DNA from: a virus
Lineage: Duplodnaviria; Caudoviricetes
IMG/VR virus record: IMGVR_UViG_3300038674_000629
Span: 1-25,147 of that record
DNA: 25,147 nucleotides
Direction: 5' to 3' (one strand)
In this document: piece after piece, positions 9,451 through 17,880 of the stretch
Layout: every line of letters begins with the position of its first letter
Position numbering within the stretch: the stretch's first letter is position 1
Made by a program: the position numbers and the translations under genes
Notes under the pieces: generated by a model
The model's input: only the letters and a program-made list of their open reading frames with translations
What the model was told of the DNA's origin: nothing
The model's database searches: none

Positions 9451-9480
9451 AAATAAATAAAGGAGGCAAAAGCCTCCTTT
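9451..9480 (-). terminator. Intrinsic terminator after the nucleotidyltransferase gene
   Basis: Stem AAAGGAGGC (9459-9467) / GCCTCCTTT (9472-9480) with a 4-nt loop and a T-rich tail on the minus strand, right after the stop at 9483. Confidence 0.8.
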
Positions 9481-9482
9481 TA

Positions 9483-10370
9483 TCATTTTATTTCATTCTC
9501 TTTAATAAAATCATCTCCGCTTTTCGCTAATTCCCTAAGCTTTTGACGATATCCAAATCTCTCTAATATCTTTGCTACAATTTCATTTAAAGATTGGTGC
9601 GGGTTGCTGTCGCTTTTTGTTTTAAAATCAAGTGTTGTTCTGAAAGGTTCATCATTGTACGCTTCCTGCCTAAATGAAGATATTAAATGCGATATCATAT
9701 TTAACTGGTCTACATCCGCTTTTAAGTCCAAGAGTTTTCTACTCATTGCTTCTTTCTTTTCTTCTTCTGAAATATCTTGAAACTGTGTATCTAACGATTT
9801 ATAGATTTCAAACTCTCTTTTATCTCTTATGAATTGTGAAACTGCTAAATCTGCTCCGTTTATAAAAAAAGTAGCAACATGCAATCCATAAGAATAAGGT
9901 ATATTCATAGAATATGAATCTGTTTTCTTTATCCATTTATCAGATGCTAAATCATAAATATTATCCATATTCTTTTCTATTATGTCTTCACCTTTTGGTA
10001 AAAAATAAAAATCAATAGGATGTAAACTTTCTTCACCGTCTATTTTTAACTTTTGTCCACTTGGAGATATTTCTATTATTTTATCTACTTGTTCTTTTGT
10101 CATAGTAGTAAGAACGGAAACATCAATATCGCTTTCAGCAGTGTATTGGTAGCCCAAAGCACTTCCTTTTATTTTTATAGCCTCTATATCAAAGTTAAAA
10201 TTTATTTGCTTTTTCCATTTTCTAAGAATAGAATATATCTGCTCTTTTACTTCTTTTTTTATTTTATCATTTTCGTCGAAAAGCCAATCTGCTCTTTTAT
10301 TTTGTGGAGGGTCTAATATGCTTTCGTTAAGCCCTAATATCTTTATCAAATGTTTATCTGCTGTTGTCAT
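9483..10370 (-). CDS. Pol-beta superfamily nucleotidyltransferase
   Basis: hG[S]-x-DhDh signature IKGSALGYQYTAESDIDVSV, third acidic residue in HPIDFY, helical C-terminal part. Substrate unknown. Confidence 0.78.
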   Translation of the reverse strand: MTTADKHLIKILGLNESILDPPQNKRADWLFDENDKIKKEVKEQIYSILRKWKKQINFNFDIEAIKIKGSALGYQYTAESDIDVSVLTTMTKEQVDKIIEISPSGQKLKIDGEESLHPIDFYFLPKGEDIIEKNMDNIYDLASDKWIKKTDSYSMNIPYSYGLHVATFFINGADLAVSQFIRDKREFEIYKSLDTQFQDISEEEKKEAMSRKLLDLKADVDQLNMISHLISSFRQEAYNDEPFRTTLDFKTKSDSNPHQSLNEIVAKILERFGYRQKLRELAKSGDDFIKENEIK

Positions 10371-10807
10371 TATTCAAAATCCTCCAAATTGTCATTTATA
10401 TTTTTCATATCTATACCAACTTTCTTTGGCGAAATTTGAAAATTAACAAAATTATTATTGGCAAACTGTTTTCTTTTACTTCTGATATCTAATATTTTAA
10501 CTAAATTTGTAGTAGCATTAACTCTGGTTTCTATAATCGATGTAAGAGCCTCTTTGGAACTATCGCTTCTATCCTTACTTAATTCGACACTTGTCTTAAA
10601 AACATCATATAAATCATCTGCCTTTGCTTTATCATCAAGAGCCGATAATAATATCATGGCGGTTAATTCGTCATCATTTGTTGTATCAATAACTTTACCG
10701 CCAAAAGTTATTTCAGTGGATAAAGTACTTTCTACTTTTTTTTCTTCTAAATCTTTTGTGTCTTCTTCTACTAGTTGTTTAAAAATATCATCATATTCGT
10801 CGCTCAT
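10370..10807 (-). CDS. Hypothetical protein, candidate terminase small subunit (gp16-like)
   Basis: 145 aa, acidic N-terminus, two long helices followed by NNNFVNF, which resembles gp16 architecture. Two genes upstream of terL. The function call is weak. Confidence 0.4.
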   Translation of the reverse strand: MSDEYDDIFKQLVEEDTKDLEEKKVESTLSTEITFGGKVIDTTNDDELTAMILLSALDDKAKADDLYDVFKTSVELSKDRSDSSKEALTSIIETRVNATTNLVKILDIRSKRKQFANNNFVNFQISPKKVGIDMKNINDNLEDFE

Positions 10808-11538
10808 ACTTGCCCACTATTCTCTTCTAGGTTTTCTATTCCGTAGAGTTCATCATCTTCACCATCTTCTTCAAGCAGTTCACAAATATTTGGATAAAAT
10901 TTTTTCATTTCTCCAATAAATTCCCTCATATCCAAAGACCTCATTCCATACCCACCGGCAAATTTATATAAATCACTCTTACCTATATACTTTTTATTTT
11001 TCTTTAAATAATCGCATATTATAGCAACAATAATTACAAATTTCTTTCTTTTTTTGCCTAAAAAATTTTCATCTACAATTAGTGTTAAAGTTCTTTCCAT
11101 ATCATCGACAAAAAAATCTATATTGTCATTATATTTAGGAGAACGAATATTTATTTTATCTTCTATACTTTGAACTTCTCTATGTTTCTTTTTTCTTGTC
11201 GTATAATTTAATAAACTTCTTTTTGCTATTAGAGAAAAAAAATTAAACGCTGTTCCATTTTTTTCATCAAATTTAAGATAATTAGGAAAACAAGCAAGCA
11301 TCCCTGCTTGCATTAAATCATCTGGATGCTCGAATCTATGATAACCATAAATATATATAATCGCCTTAACTAGTTTCATTACTTCCACAGTGATTTTTTC
11401 TTCTAAATTTTTAAAATAAAAATCATTATTTTGAACTACAGGTTTACCTTTTTCGTTCGGTAAAGTTTTGGCTAGTCTTTGATATTCATATATCATGCTT
11501 TTAACATATTCTTCGTCAAAATAATTTTCACTAGCCAT
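10804..11538 (-). CDS. Phage sigma factor, T4 gp55-like (late transcription)
   Basis: Sigma region 2-like segment DDLMQAGMLACFPNYLKFDEKNGTAFNFFSLIAKRSLLNY matches the gp55 pattern (NFD...Y/F-x-T/S...F/L). Acidic C-terminal tail as in gp55. Confidence 0.8.
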   Translation of the reverse strand: MASENYFDEEYVKSMIYEYQRLAKTLPNEKGKPVVQNNDFYFKNLEEKITVEVMKLVKAIIYIYGYHRFEHPDDLMQAGMLACFPNYLKFDEKNGTAFNFFSLIAKRSLLNYTTRKKKHREVQSIEDKINIRSPKYNDNIDFFVDDMERTLTLIVDENFLGKKRKKFVIIVAIICDYLKKNKKYIGKSDLYKFAGGYGMRSLDMREFIGEMKKFYPNICELLEEDGEDDELYGIENLEENSGQV

Positions 11539-12048
11539 TTATTCCCCAGCCCTACTAAAATATTGTATTTGTTTATCAATAGTATCTCTATTAAATTTGG
11601 CATTCTGGGCATTACCATTATATCTCATTACAACGCTAAAGCTCGAGGAATTCTCTATTTTATTAACTAAGACACCAGCACTATCTTCTCTATCATTTCC
11701 ATAATCAAAAGAAAATAATATTTTGTCAGTTCTTGTAGCATAATCTTCCACATTTACTTTTTCGTCCATAAATGCTACTAGAATTTCTTTTAATAAATCT
11801 TTTCCTGAAATTCCATCTTGCGATTTAATAACATTTCTTGCCTCTTCTTGAATCAAATAAACAATTACATCTTCAACTGTTATAAGTCTTAAAGCATCTT
11901 CTTGCGGAACATTTATTATCCCATTTCCTTTTGCTTTAAATCTTGTATTATCCCCTGCAATATCTATATCTAATGTATAGAAAATCTTCTTATCTTTTTC
12001 CGATTTTTCTTCGGACAAAACAGACTTGAAGATTTCAGTTATTTTCAT
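11539..12048 (-). CDS. Hypothetical protein
   Basis: 169-aa ORF with GGAGG SD, coupled to both neighbours. N-terminus MKITEIFKSVLSEE. Confidence 0.75.
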   Translation of the reverse strand: MKITEIFKSVLSEEKSEKDKKIFYTLDIDIAGDNTRFKAKGNGIINVPQEDALRLITVEDVIVYLIQEEARNVIKSQDGISGKDLLKEILVAFMDEKVNVEDYATRTDKILFSFDYGNDREDSAGVLVNKIENSSSFSVVMRYNGNAQNAKFNRDTIDKQIQYFSRAGE

Positions 12049-12257
12049 AATTTTTGTTCCTCCATTATTGCTTCTGCGACATCTGCTAAATTGTTAACAA
12101 CAGAAACCATTTGTTTAAAGTCATCAAAAATAAATCCAGTTCTATAAGGGTCTCTATCTTCATAAACTTCTATAACATTATCTTTCAAAATTTCTACACT
12201 AATAGTTTTTGTGCCTGCATTAAATCTATAAATATTATCTGATATTTTTTTTAACAT
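12045..12257 (-). CDS. Hypothetical protein, 70 aa (start corrected from 12323 to 12257)
   Basis: ATG at 12257 (MLKKISDNIYRF) has a GAGGA SD. The longer start in the track lies inside a terminator stem. Confidence 0.7.
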   Translation of the reverse strand: MLKKISDNIYRFNAGTKTISVEILKDNVIEVYEDRDPYRTGFIFDDFKQMVSVVNNLADVAEAIMEEQKL

Positions 12258-12273
12258 ATTTTCCTCTTTAGTA

Positions 12274-12281
12274 TATATAAG
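12274..12281 (-). promoter_or_regulatory. CTTATATA motif, candidate promoter of the sigma-factor operon
   Basis: Exact copy 16 nt before the 12257 start and just downstream of a terminator. Confidence 0.5.
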
Positions 12282-12286
12282 ATACG

Positions 12287-12323
12287 AAAAACAAAAAATG
12301 CCTACGGGAATCTCCGTAGGCAT
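12287..12323 (-). terminator. Intrinsic terminator after the 861-aa gene
   Basis: 10-bp stem ATGCCTACGG (12298-12307) / CCGTAGGCAT (12314-12323) followed by TTTTTGTTTTT on the minus strand. Confidence 0.85.
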
Positions 12324-12339
12324 AATAATTTAACTATAC

Positions 12340-14925
12340 TTATTTTTGTATTTTAGTAGAAAATTCTGGTTCAAGCAATTTTGCTTTTAATGCTTTCCCA
12401 TCCAAATCAGCAAGAGCAGACTTAGCCAATTGCTTTATTTGCGAATCAGAGAATTTGTTTCCATTAAAATTTATGGCGACAGCAATTCTTCTCTCGAATC
12501 TTTCCGCCTGAGACATTTTTGCTATTTCTCTTTCAACTATCTTTCTCATTTCTTCGGTAGAAATAGAGTTTAATATATCTTCGTTGCTTGACAAAAATTC
12601 ATACAAATTTCCTTTTTTAACCGAAGAATCTATTTTTTTAGCAGTATCTTGACTAATTTTAGAGAAGTCAACAACTTTCTTTAAATTTTGAATTCTCTCT
12701 TTTTCTTCTTCATTAGAAACTTTTGACAATCCCTCGTCTATAATAGATTTTATATCTTCAACTTCATATGTGGCATTTTCGCCTTGTGATTCTCTTTCTT
12801 TAGACTTTTCAATATTTTGCTTCTTTTGAATAATCTTCTTTAATCTTTCTTTTCCTTCTTTTGAACCAGTTCCTATATTTTTAGCGGAAACAACAGTATT
12901 AATTCCGTCTAAGAAATCCAAATATATATTAGCAATTATTCTAAAAGCAGTTTTATCATTTCCACCTTGCCCGTCAGCAAATTTTTTTAAGTAAGAAATT
13001 TCTGGCGCATCTCTTTCTATTCCGGAATATTTATATTCTGGTTTTGTTCTCTCTTTTACTATAGAAAGAACATTTGGCCCAAATTTATGAGTCTTAGACA
13101 AAGAACCAGTATCTTCCATTTCCTCTGCTTCTTCTATTTCCTCGCTGTCAATATCAGATGGTTTTTTATAAGTATTTGTCAATTTGTTTCTGGCGGCATA
13201 AGAAGAAAAAGTTAGCATATCAACTATTTTTTTATAATTTCTTCTTACATAATCTGCCATTTTACCGCTAACATAAGCATCTTCTAAATCATCTAAATAT
13301 CTGTAGTAATCACTTACTAGAACTTGTGCTTCGCTACTGGCACTATCAGATGCTTCTGATACTTTTATAGCTTTAAATTCTATTTTTTTTGTTTCAGCAT
13401 CTTTTGGCCTTGTCTTAAAATGTTTTACAAGTTTATCATAATCTTCTCTAAAAACAGCACTTTTTTGCAATTCTTCTTCTTTTTCTGAATTACTCATTTC
13501 TCTGTCTTGAACAATATACTCATATTCGTCTATTGTTCTTTGAAGAAAATCATTATATTGTTTTAAGTACCATCTTACTTTTATGCTTTCTTCTTTTATT
13601 TTATCGCCAAATCCAGACCTTCTAAAATTTTTTTTATCAGTTAAAGATGGTTGTTTCTCTGCAATAAAAGAAGGCAAAAATTTATTCATTACCCAAGCCA
13701 AATCAGATTTATAACCACTCATTAAAGCTGAGACAATTGTTTCCTTATTTTCACTACCACCACCAGAAACGATATATTTATCTAAAAAGTTCTTGACAAT
13801 ATCAGCAATTCTCTTCTTTTCTTCTCTTGCTTTTACAATATTTTTTTCGTATTCTGGGAAATTTCCACTCAACCCTTTATTCTTTTCAAGTTCTTTTTGC
13901 TCTTTGGATTGTTTTTCTTTTTCTTCTTTTTCTAAGGCATCTTTTTCAAGTCTTTCCTTTGGAGGATTGCTAACAGCCAAATCTATTGCCTTCGCTACTT
14001 TATTTGCAAATTCTTGTGTTATCTGCCCTGCTCTGACAGCAGTATTAAGTGTCCTAACTATTCCTCTTCCACCAATTCCGTGAGCAGCATCTATCCAACT
14101 TGAATTGGCATATTTACCAGGATTCCCTTTCATTACTTTATCTATATAATAATATCCAGCATCTTTTAAATTTCCACTTTCTATCATTTCTACAAATTTA
14201 GGTTCTATTACATCTTTTACCGCCATTTCTATAAGAAAACCTTCTTCTATGTTATCCGGTTTTTTGGCGGTAATAGTTCTTATTTTTTTTGCTTGTTTTT
14301 CTGGAAGTTCTTTCTTTAATTGTTTAACTGCTTTAAGATTTTTTATATCATCATCCATAAAATAAACATAATCAAAGTATCTTCTTATTTTATTAATAAC
14401 ATTTTTTTTCTTTTCATAGTCAGTTTCGCCCCTATAAAATTTTTCTTCATCATTTACGGCGAAAACATATTTTCTATTAAGAGGAGCCGGTTTCAGACTT
14501 CCGTCTGGTGCTCTATATTTTAGAAAATCACTCAAAGCTGAAAAAACCACATCTTCCATACCACGTGCTGTAAGAATTCCTATCTTATAGCCTCCACTAA
14601 TAAAATTATCCATAGCTTTAAGATTATTTATGTAAGGCAACCCTTTTCTAATAGAATTTGCTACTTTGACCGGGTCCCTGAATTCTCTATAACTATAATA
14701 TTTCTTTTCTTCGGGAGTTGGATGTTCATCAGCATATTGTGCGGGAGTCAACTTAACTTCTTTTTTGTCGGTAGGAAGTTTTCTCCATATAAAAATATCT
14801 CTTGCTTGAAGTAAAGTATCATCTACATCTAGAAGTAAAATACCCTTTTTCTTTTTACCTGTATTTTTATTTACCGGAAGTGTTTCTTCATTGTATACTA
14901 TATCAAAAATTTCTAAAAGCGTCAT
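12340..14925 (-). CDS. HAD-family phosphatase domain fused to a long K/E-rich region of unknown function
   Basis: HAD motif I LLLDVDDTL, motif II ILTARG, motif III Lys (EKKKNV) and motif IV FMDDDIKNL within roughly the first 220 aa. GGAGG SD. Confidence 0.72.
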   Translation of the reverse strand: MTLLEIFDIVYNEETLPVNKNTGKKKKGILLLDVDDTLLQARDIFIWRKLPTDKKEVKLTPAQYADEHPTPEEKKYYSYREFRDPVKVANSIRKGLPYINNLKAMDNFISGGYKIGILTARGMEDVVFSALSDFLKYRAPDGSLKPAPLNRKYVFAVNDEEKFYRGETDYEKKKNVINKIRRYFDYVYFMDDDIKNLKAVKQLKKELPEKQAKKIRTITAKKPDNIEEGFLIEMAVKDVIEPKFVEMIESGNLKDAGYYYIDKVMKGNPGKYANSSWIDAAHGIGGRGIVRTLNTAVRAGQITQEFANKVAKAIDLAVSNPPKERLEKDALEKEEKEKQSKEQKELEKNKGLSGNFPEYEKNIVKAREEKKRIADIVKNFLDKYIVSGGGSENKETIVSALMSGYKSDLAWVMNKFLPSFIAEKQPSLTDKKNFRRSGFGDKIKEESIKVRWYLKQYNDFLQRTIDEYEYIVQDREMSNSEKEEELQKSAVFREDYDKLVKHFKTRPKDAETKKIEFKAIKVSEASDSASSEAQVLVSDYYRYLDDLEDAYVSGKMADYVRRNYKKIVDMLTFSSYAARNKLTNTYKKPSDIDSEEIEEAEEMEDTGSLSKTHKFGPNVLSIVKERTKPEYKYSGIERDAPEISYLKKFADGQGGNDKTAFRIIANIYLDFLDGINTVVSAKNIGTGSKEGKERLKKIIQKKQNIEKSKERESQGENATYEVEDIKSIIDEGLSKVSNEEEKERIQNLKKVVDFSKISQDTAKKIDSSVKKGNLYEFLSSNEDILNSISTEEMRKIVEREIAKMSQAERFERRIAVAINFNGNKFSDSQIKQLAKSALADLDGKALKAKLLEPEFSTKIQK

Positions 14926-14949
14926 TTTTTCCTCCGACTATTATTAATC

Positions 14950-15025
14950 TATCTTACAGTATTATCTTAACCAAAACAATTCTAATTTTACCTAAAATAG
15001 ATTACTAAACATGTCAAGATAAATA
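14950..15025. promoter_or_regulatory. Divergent promoter region with three AAGATA motifs
   Basis: TAAGATA on the minus strand at 14950-14956 and 14963-14969 faces the HAD gene. AAGATAAATA on the plus strand at 15016-15025 faces the plus-strand cassette. Confidence 0.45.
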
Positions 15026-15060
15026 AGAAGCGGATAATACAAATAGAAGGAAATGTGTGT

Positions 15061-15531
15061 ATGGCAGTCGAAAAAATTGATGGAGAATATATAAATAGGT
15101 CTAAATTATTCTATGACGACTTAAAAGAATTCCACGAAAAAACAACAGATATAGTTTCTCTTATGAAAAATTTTAGATTTGAAACAGAGAATAAAGTAAG
15201 ATTAAATTACAAATATGGTTCTGTAAGAATAAAGGATAATAAATTTGAAGAAAACGACTTTAATCTTCCTGAAGACTATAAAAAACCAATGGAAGAATGG
15301 TGCCGTGGGAAGACTAAGGACACAATAAAAATAAAAGATAAAATTTTAAAGTTAGAATTAGATGGAGGAAAAATTTTCCTTTTCAAAATATTCGATAACT
15401 TTGAATCAAGCGGAAGTTTTGTTATGGCAGGATATATAATAGATGCTTCCCCAGAATTTAGATTATTCTTAGCAAAAATAGCCGAAGAAGAGTTAATAAA
15501 ATCGGCAAGTCTATTACTATCTGCTCTATAA
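15061..15531 (+). CDS. Hypothetical protein (ATG at 15061 preferred over GTG at 15055)
   Basis: Plus-strand ORF with AAGGA SD. First gene of a two-gene inverted cassette. Confidence 0.7.
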   Translation: MAVEKIDGEYINRSKLFYDDLKEFHEKTTDIVSLMKNFRFETENKVRLNYKYGSVRIKDNKFEENDFNLPEDYKKPMEEWCRGKTKDTIKIKDKILKLELDGGKIFLFKIFDNFESSGSFVMAGYIIDASPEFRLFLAKIAEEELIKSASLLLSAL

Positions 15532-15546
15532 AAGGTACTTAATAAA

Positions 15547-16101
15547 ATGGACAATCAAAATAACGATATAATGACTCTCAGAGACTTACAAGAAATTAAG
15601 AGCACTTTAAAATCTTTCTCTGAAAATGCTATAACACAACTTCAACTATTAAGAGAAGCCATGTCTCAAAGCGTTTCTCAGAAAGCCACTATATCCAAAA
15701 ACGTAGACGAAATAGAATATTTGTTAAAAAGTTTCAAAAGAAATTTAGAAGATTATGAAAGAAAATTAACAGATATAATGGAATCAGTAGATAATTTAGA
15801 AAATAAAATAATAGACAGAAATAACCAAGAGGCATTGGCAGTATCAATAGATATACTAAAAAAATCATTATCAGAAATAAGTAATATAGTTAAAGGGTAT
15901 GATATTACTCATGCTTACTCAAAAGAAGAAAGAAAAACCTTAGATGACAAATTAATAGATATAGAAAAATCTATAAATGGATTTAGTCAAGAATTAAAAA
16001 ATATAAGAGATGTTAAAAAAAATTTATCATGGTGGGTAGACTGGATATATAAAGTATTACTCACAATCGGTGTTATATATGGACTTTTTAATTTACAATA
16101 A
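15547..16101 (+). CDS. Coiled-coil protein with a C-terminal membrane anchor
   Basis: Heptad-rich helical body with a hydrophobic terminus LSWWVDWIYKVLLTIGVIYGLFNLQ. AAGG SD. Confidence 0.7.
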   Translation: MDNQNNDIMTLRDLQEIKSTLKSFSENAITQLQLLREAMSQSVSQKATISKNVDEIEYLLKSFKRNLEDYERKLTDIMESVDNLENKIIDRNNQEALAVSIDILKKSLSEISNIVKGYDITHAYSKEERKTLDDKLIDIEKSINGFSQELKNIRDVKKNLSWWVDWIYKVLLTIGVIYGLFNLQ

Positions 16102-16131
16102 AAAAAGGAGGCTTAAAAGCCTCCTTCTTTT
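16100..16131. terminator. Bidirectional intrinsic terminator between convergent genes
   Basis: Stem AAGGAGGCTT (16105-16114) / AAGCCTCCTT (16117-16126), with an A-run on the left and a T-rich run on the right. Confidence 0.85.
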
Positions 16132-16327
16132 ATCTATCTTTTATTTTTTCTAACAAAGTCATAGATACCCAAAACCCAACTTTAAACAACTTTACAGAAT
16201 CGTCTACTACTTTTTCCACCTTATAAATTTTACCATTGCTTTTTTCTATGAAATTTTTCATGTCATCATTTAAAAAGGTTGAAGAGTAATTTTTTTTAAA
16301 TCTTACATATGAATTCTCTTTAATCAT
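16130..16327 (-). CDS. Small hypothetical protein (possibly SH3/KOW-like beta fold)
   Basis: 65 aa with AAGGAG SD, overlapping the upstream stop. Beta-strand pattern GKIYKVEKV..VKLFKVGFWV. Confidence 0.65.
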   Translation of the reverse strand: MIKENSYVRFKKNYSSTFLNDDMKNFIEKSNGKIYKVEKVVDDSVKLFKVGFWVSMTLLEKIKDR

Positions 16328-17147
16328 ATTTTACTCCTTTGTCTTTATTTATGATAGAAACTGGATATCCGCCCTGATATGTTCCTGGCATTGGAACCAT
16401 ACTGTTTTTATTATAAACTATTTCTCCAATTTCTCCAATTTCTCCAATTAATTTCTTGTTAGCAGACTCTATTCCAAAACTTATTATATCATTAGGATTG
16501 AACTTTATTTGATTTTTGTCTATTAATAAATGATAACCAGAATGTGTATCTACCCAAAAATATCTACTAATTCCTTTTACAATCAAAAAATCAGAGACTT
16601 CTTCGATATATTTTTCCGATTTGTTTTCTAAATCAAAATCAAAATCTATATAATGTTTAGTTCCTGTTGATTGTTGATACATAGTCATTAAATTATTATC
16701 TATCTTATTTAATCTATTGAAGAAATTACTACTATCTCCACCTCTAACCAGCAAAGAAGCAATTTCTGAATTGTATTCATTTATCAAACCTTGAAAAGCA
16801 TTTAATGCCCTAAAAGTATCAGAAGGGTTTATATTTATATAGCACACCATAGTTTTTGAAGGAATTGGAATATTACTTTTTGTGGTATATCCTCTTTCAT
16901 CACACTCTAATTTTCTTATAGTACGAATAAATCTATCCCAACTTCTTTCTCTAATTATTGTTTTGGCAAACATTTCTGTTCTGCCAAGACTATAAAACTC
17001 CCTTTCTTCTTCTGTTAAATATTTGTTTCTAGCCGATAAAGAAAGGAAGTAAACTTCTGTTTCTTTAAGAGGAGGCAAAACATTATCAAAAAACCATTTT
17101 AATTCAGATTCATCACTTACTATTTTTACAAATTTACTTTCTTCCAT
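16320..17147 (-). CDS. Hypothetical protein with archaeo-eukaryotic primase (AEP)-like catalytic motifs
   Basis: hhDhD motif (YIDFDFD), T/S-x-x-G-h-H motif (DTHSGYHLL) and downstream VPMPGT in the order expected for AEP/prim-pol folds. Confidence 0.5.
   Translation of the reverse strand: MEESKFVKIVSDESELKWFFDNVLPPLKETEVYFLSLSARNKYLTEEEREFYSLGRTEMFAKTIIRERSWDRFIRTIRKLECDERGYTTKSNIPIPSKTMVCYININPSDTFRALNAFQGLINEYNSEIASLLVRGGDSSNFFNRLNKIDNNLMTMYQQSTGTKHYIDFDFDLENKSEKYIEEVSDFLIVKGISRYFWVDTHSGYHLLIDKNQIKFNPNDIISFGIESANKKLIGEIGEIGEIVYNKNSMVPMPGTYQGGYPVSIINKDKGVKYD
16421..16447. repeat. In-frame 9-bp tandem repeat, three copies (TTTCTCCAA; encodes IGEIGEIGE)
   Basis: Three exact copies at 16421, 16430 and 16439. 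Confidence 0.9.
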
Positions 17148-17155
17148 TTCTTAAC

Positions 17156-17392
17156 CTAACTATTAAAATTATTAAATTCCTCTTCTACTAATTTCATTAT
17201 ATTACTAGCTACTTCATTATTAAATTCTTTATATTCTGGAATTTTGAAATAATATGAACCAGCAAATTGCCCAAACGAAAATATTATTTCGCCTTTAAAG
17301 ATACTACAAGAAGCATCCTCTCCAAACATTTCATTCATTTTTCTATTAAATCTATTTTTTAATAGATCAAAAAAATCTTTCTCAGTTTGCAT
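17156..17392 (-). CDS. Hypothetical protein
   Basis: 78-aa ORF coupled to the dUTPase stop (TAATG overlap). Confidence 0.65.
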   Translation of the reverse strand: MQTEKDFFDLLKNRFNRKMNEMFGEDASCSIFKGEIIFSFGQFAGSYYFKIPEYKEFNNEVASNIMKLVEEEFNNFNS

Positions 17393-17880
17393 TACTTAAC
17401 GCCAGTAGAACCAAATCCACCATCTCCTCTATCTGTTTCTTCAAGGGTATCAACTACTTCAAAACCTAGTAAACAAACAGGTGCAATAACTGCTTGAGCT
17501 ATTCTATCGCCTTTTGAAACAACAAAAGGCTCTTTACCGGCATTGTGCAGAATCACGCCAACTTCTCCGATATATCCACTATCAATAGTTCCTGGGCTAT
17601 TAAGGACAAACACACTGTTTTTTAGTGCTAATCCAGAGCGACTTCTTATTTGAATCTCAAATCCTTCTGGTATAGAAAAATAATTTCCAGTTCCGACAAC
17701 TTTCGTCTCTCCCGGGTAAATTATTACATCTTGATTCGAAAACAAATCTGCTCCAGCATCATTCTTATGCTTTCTAAGAGGCAACTTAGCACCTTCGTCA
17801 AGTTTAATTTTTATTAAATTATTTTTTTCTTTAATAGCATAAATTTCTAATTCTTTGTCCCATGTCAATTTATCTTTCAT
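17392..17880 (-). CDS. dut: Trimeric dUTPase
   Basis: All five motifs present: AGADL, RSG, GTIDSGYIG, GDRIAQ, RGDGGFGSTG. Confidence 0.97.
   Translation of the reverse strand: MKDKLTWDKELEIYAIKEKNNLIKIKLDEGAKLPLRKHKNDAGADLFSNQDVIIYPGETKVVGTGNYFSIPEGFEIQIRSRSGLALKNSVFVLNSPGTIDSGYIGEVGVILHNAGKEPFVVSKGDRIAQAVIAPVCLLGFEVVDTLEETDRGDGGFGSTGVK

Noticed and set aside
9483-10370. Calling the nucleotidyltransferase a CBASS CD-NTase or CCA-adding enzyme
   Set aside because: Only the superfamily motif is visible. There is no adjacent effector or family-specific motif.
12258-12323. N-terminal extension MPTEIPVG... of the 92-aa ORF
   Set aside because: Its ATG is part of the terminator stem. The SD-supported start is 12257.
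10053-15008. Plus-strand ORFs at 10053, 10458, 11479, 13793, 14320 and 14802
   Set aside because: They overlap stronger minus-strand genes. Their hydrophobicity is an antisense artefact, not evidence of membrane proteins.
15276-15554. 92-aa minus-strand ORF
   Set aside because: It is antisense to the plus-strand cassette, which has SD sequences and a terminator.
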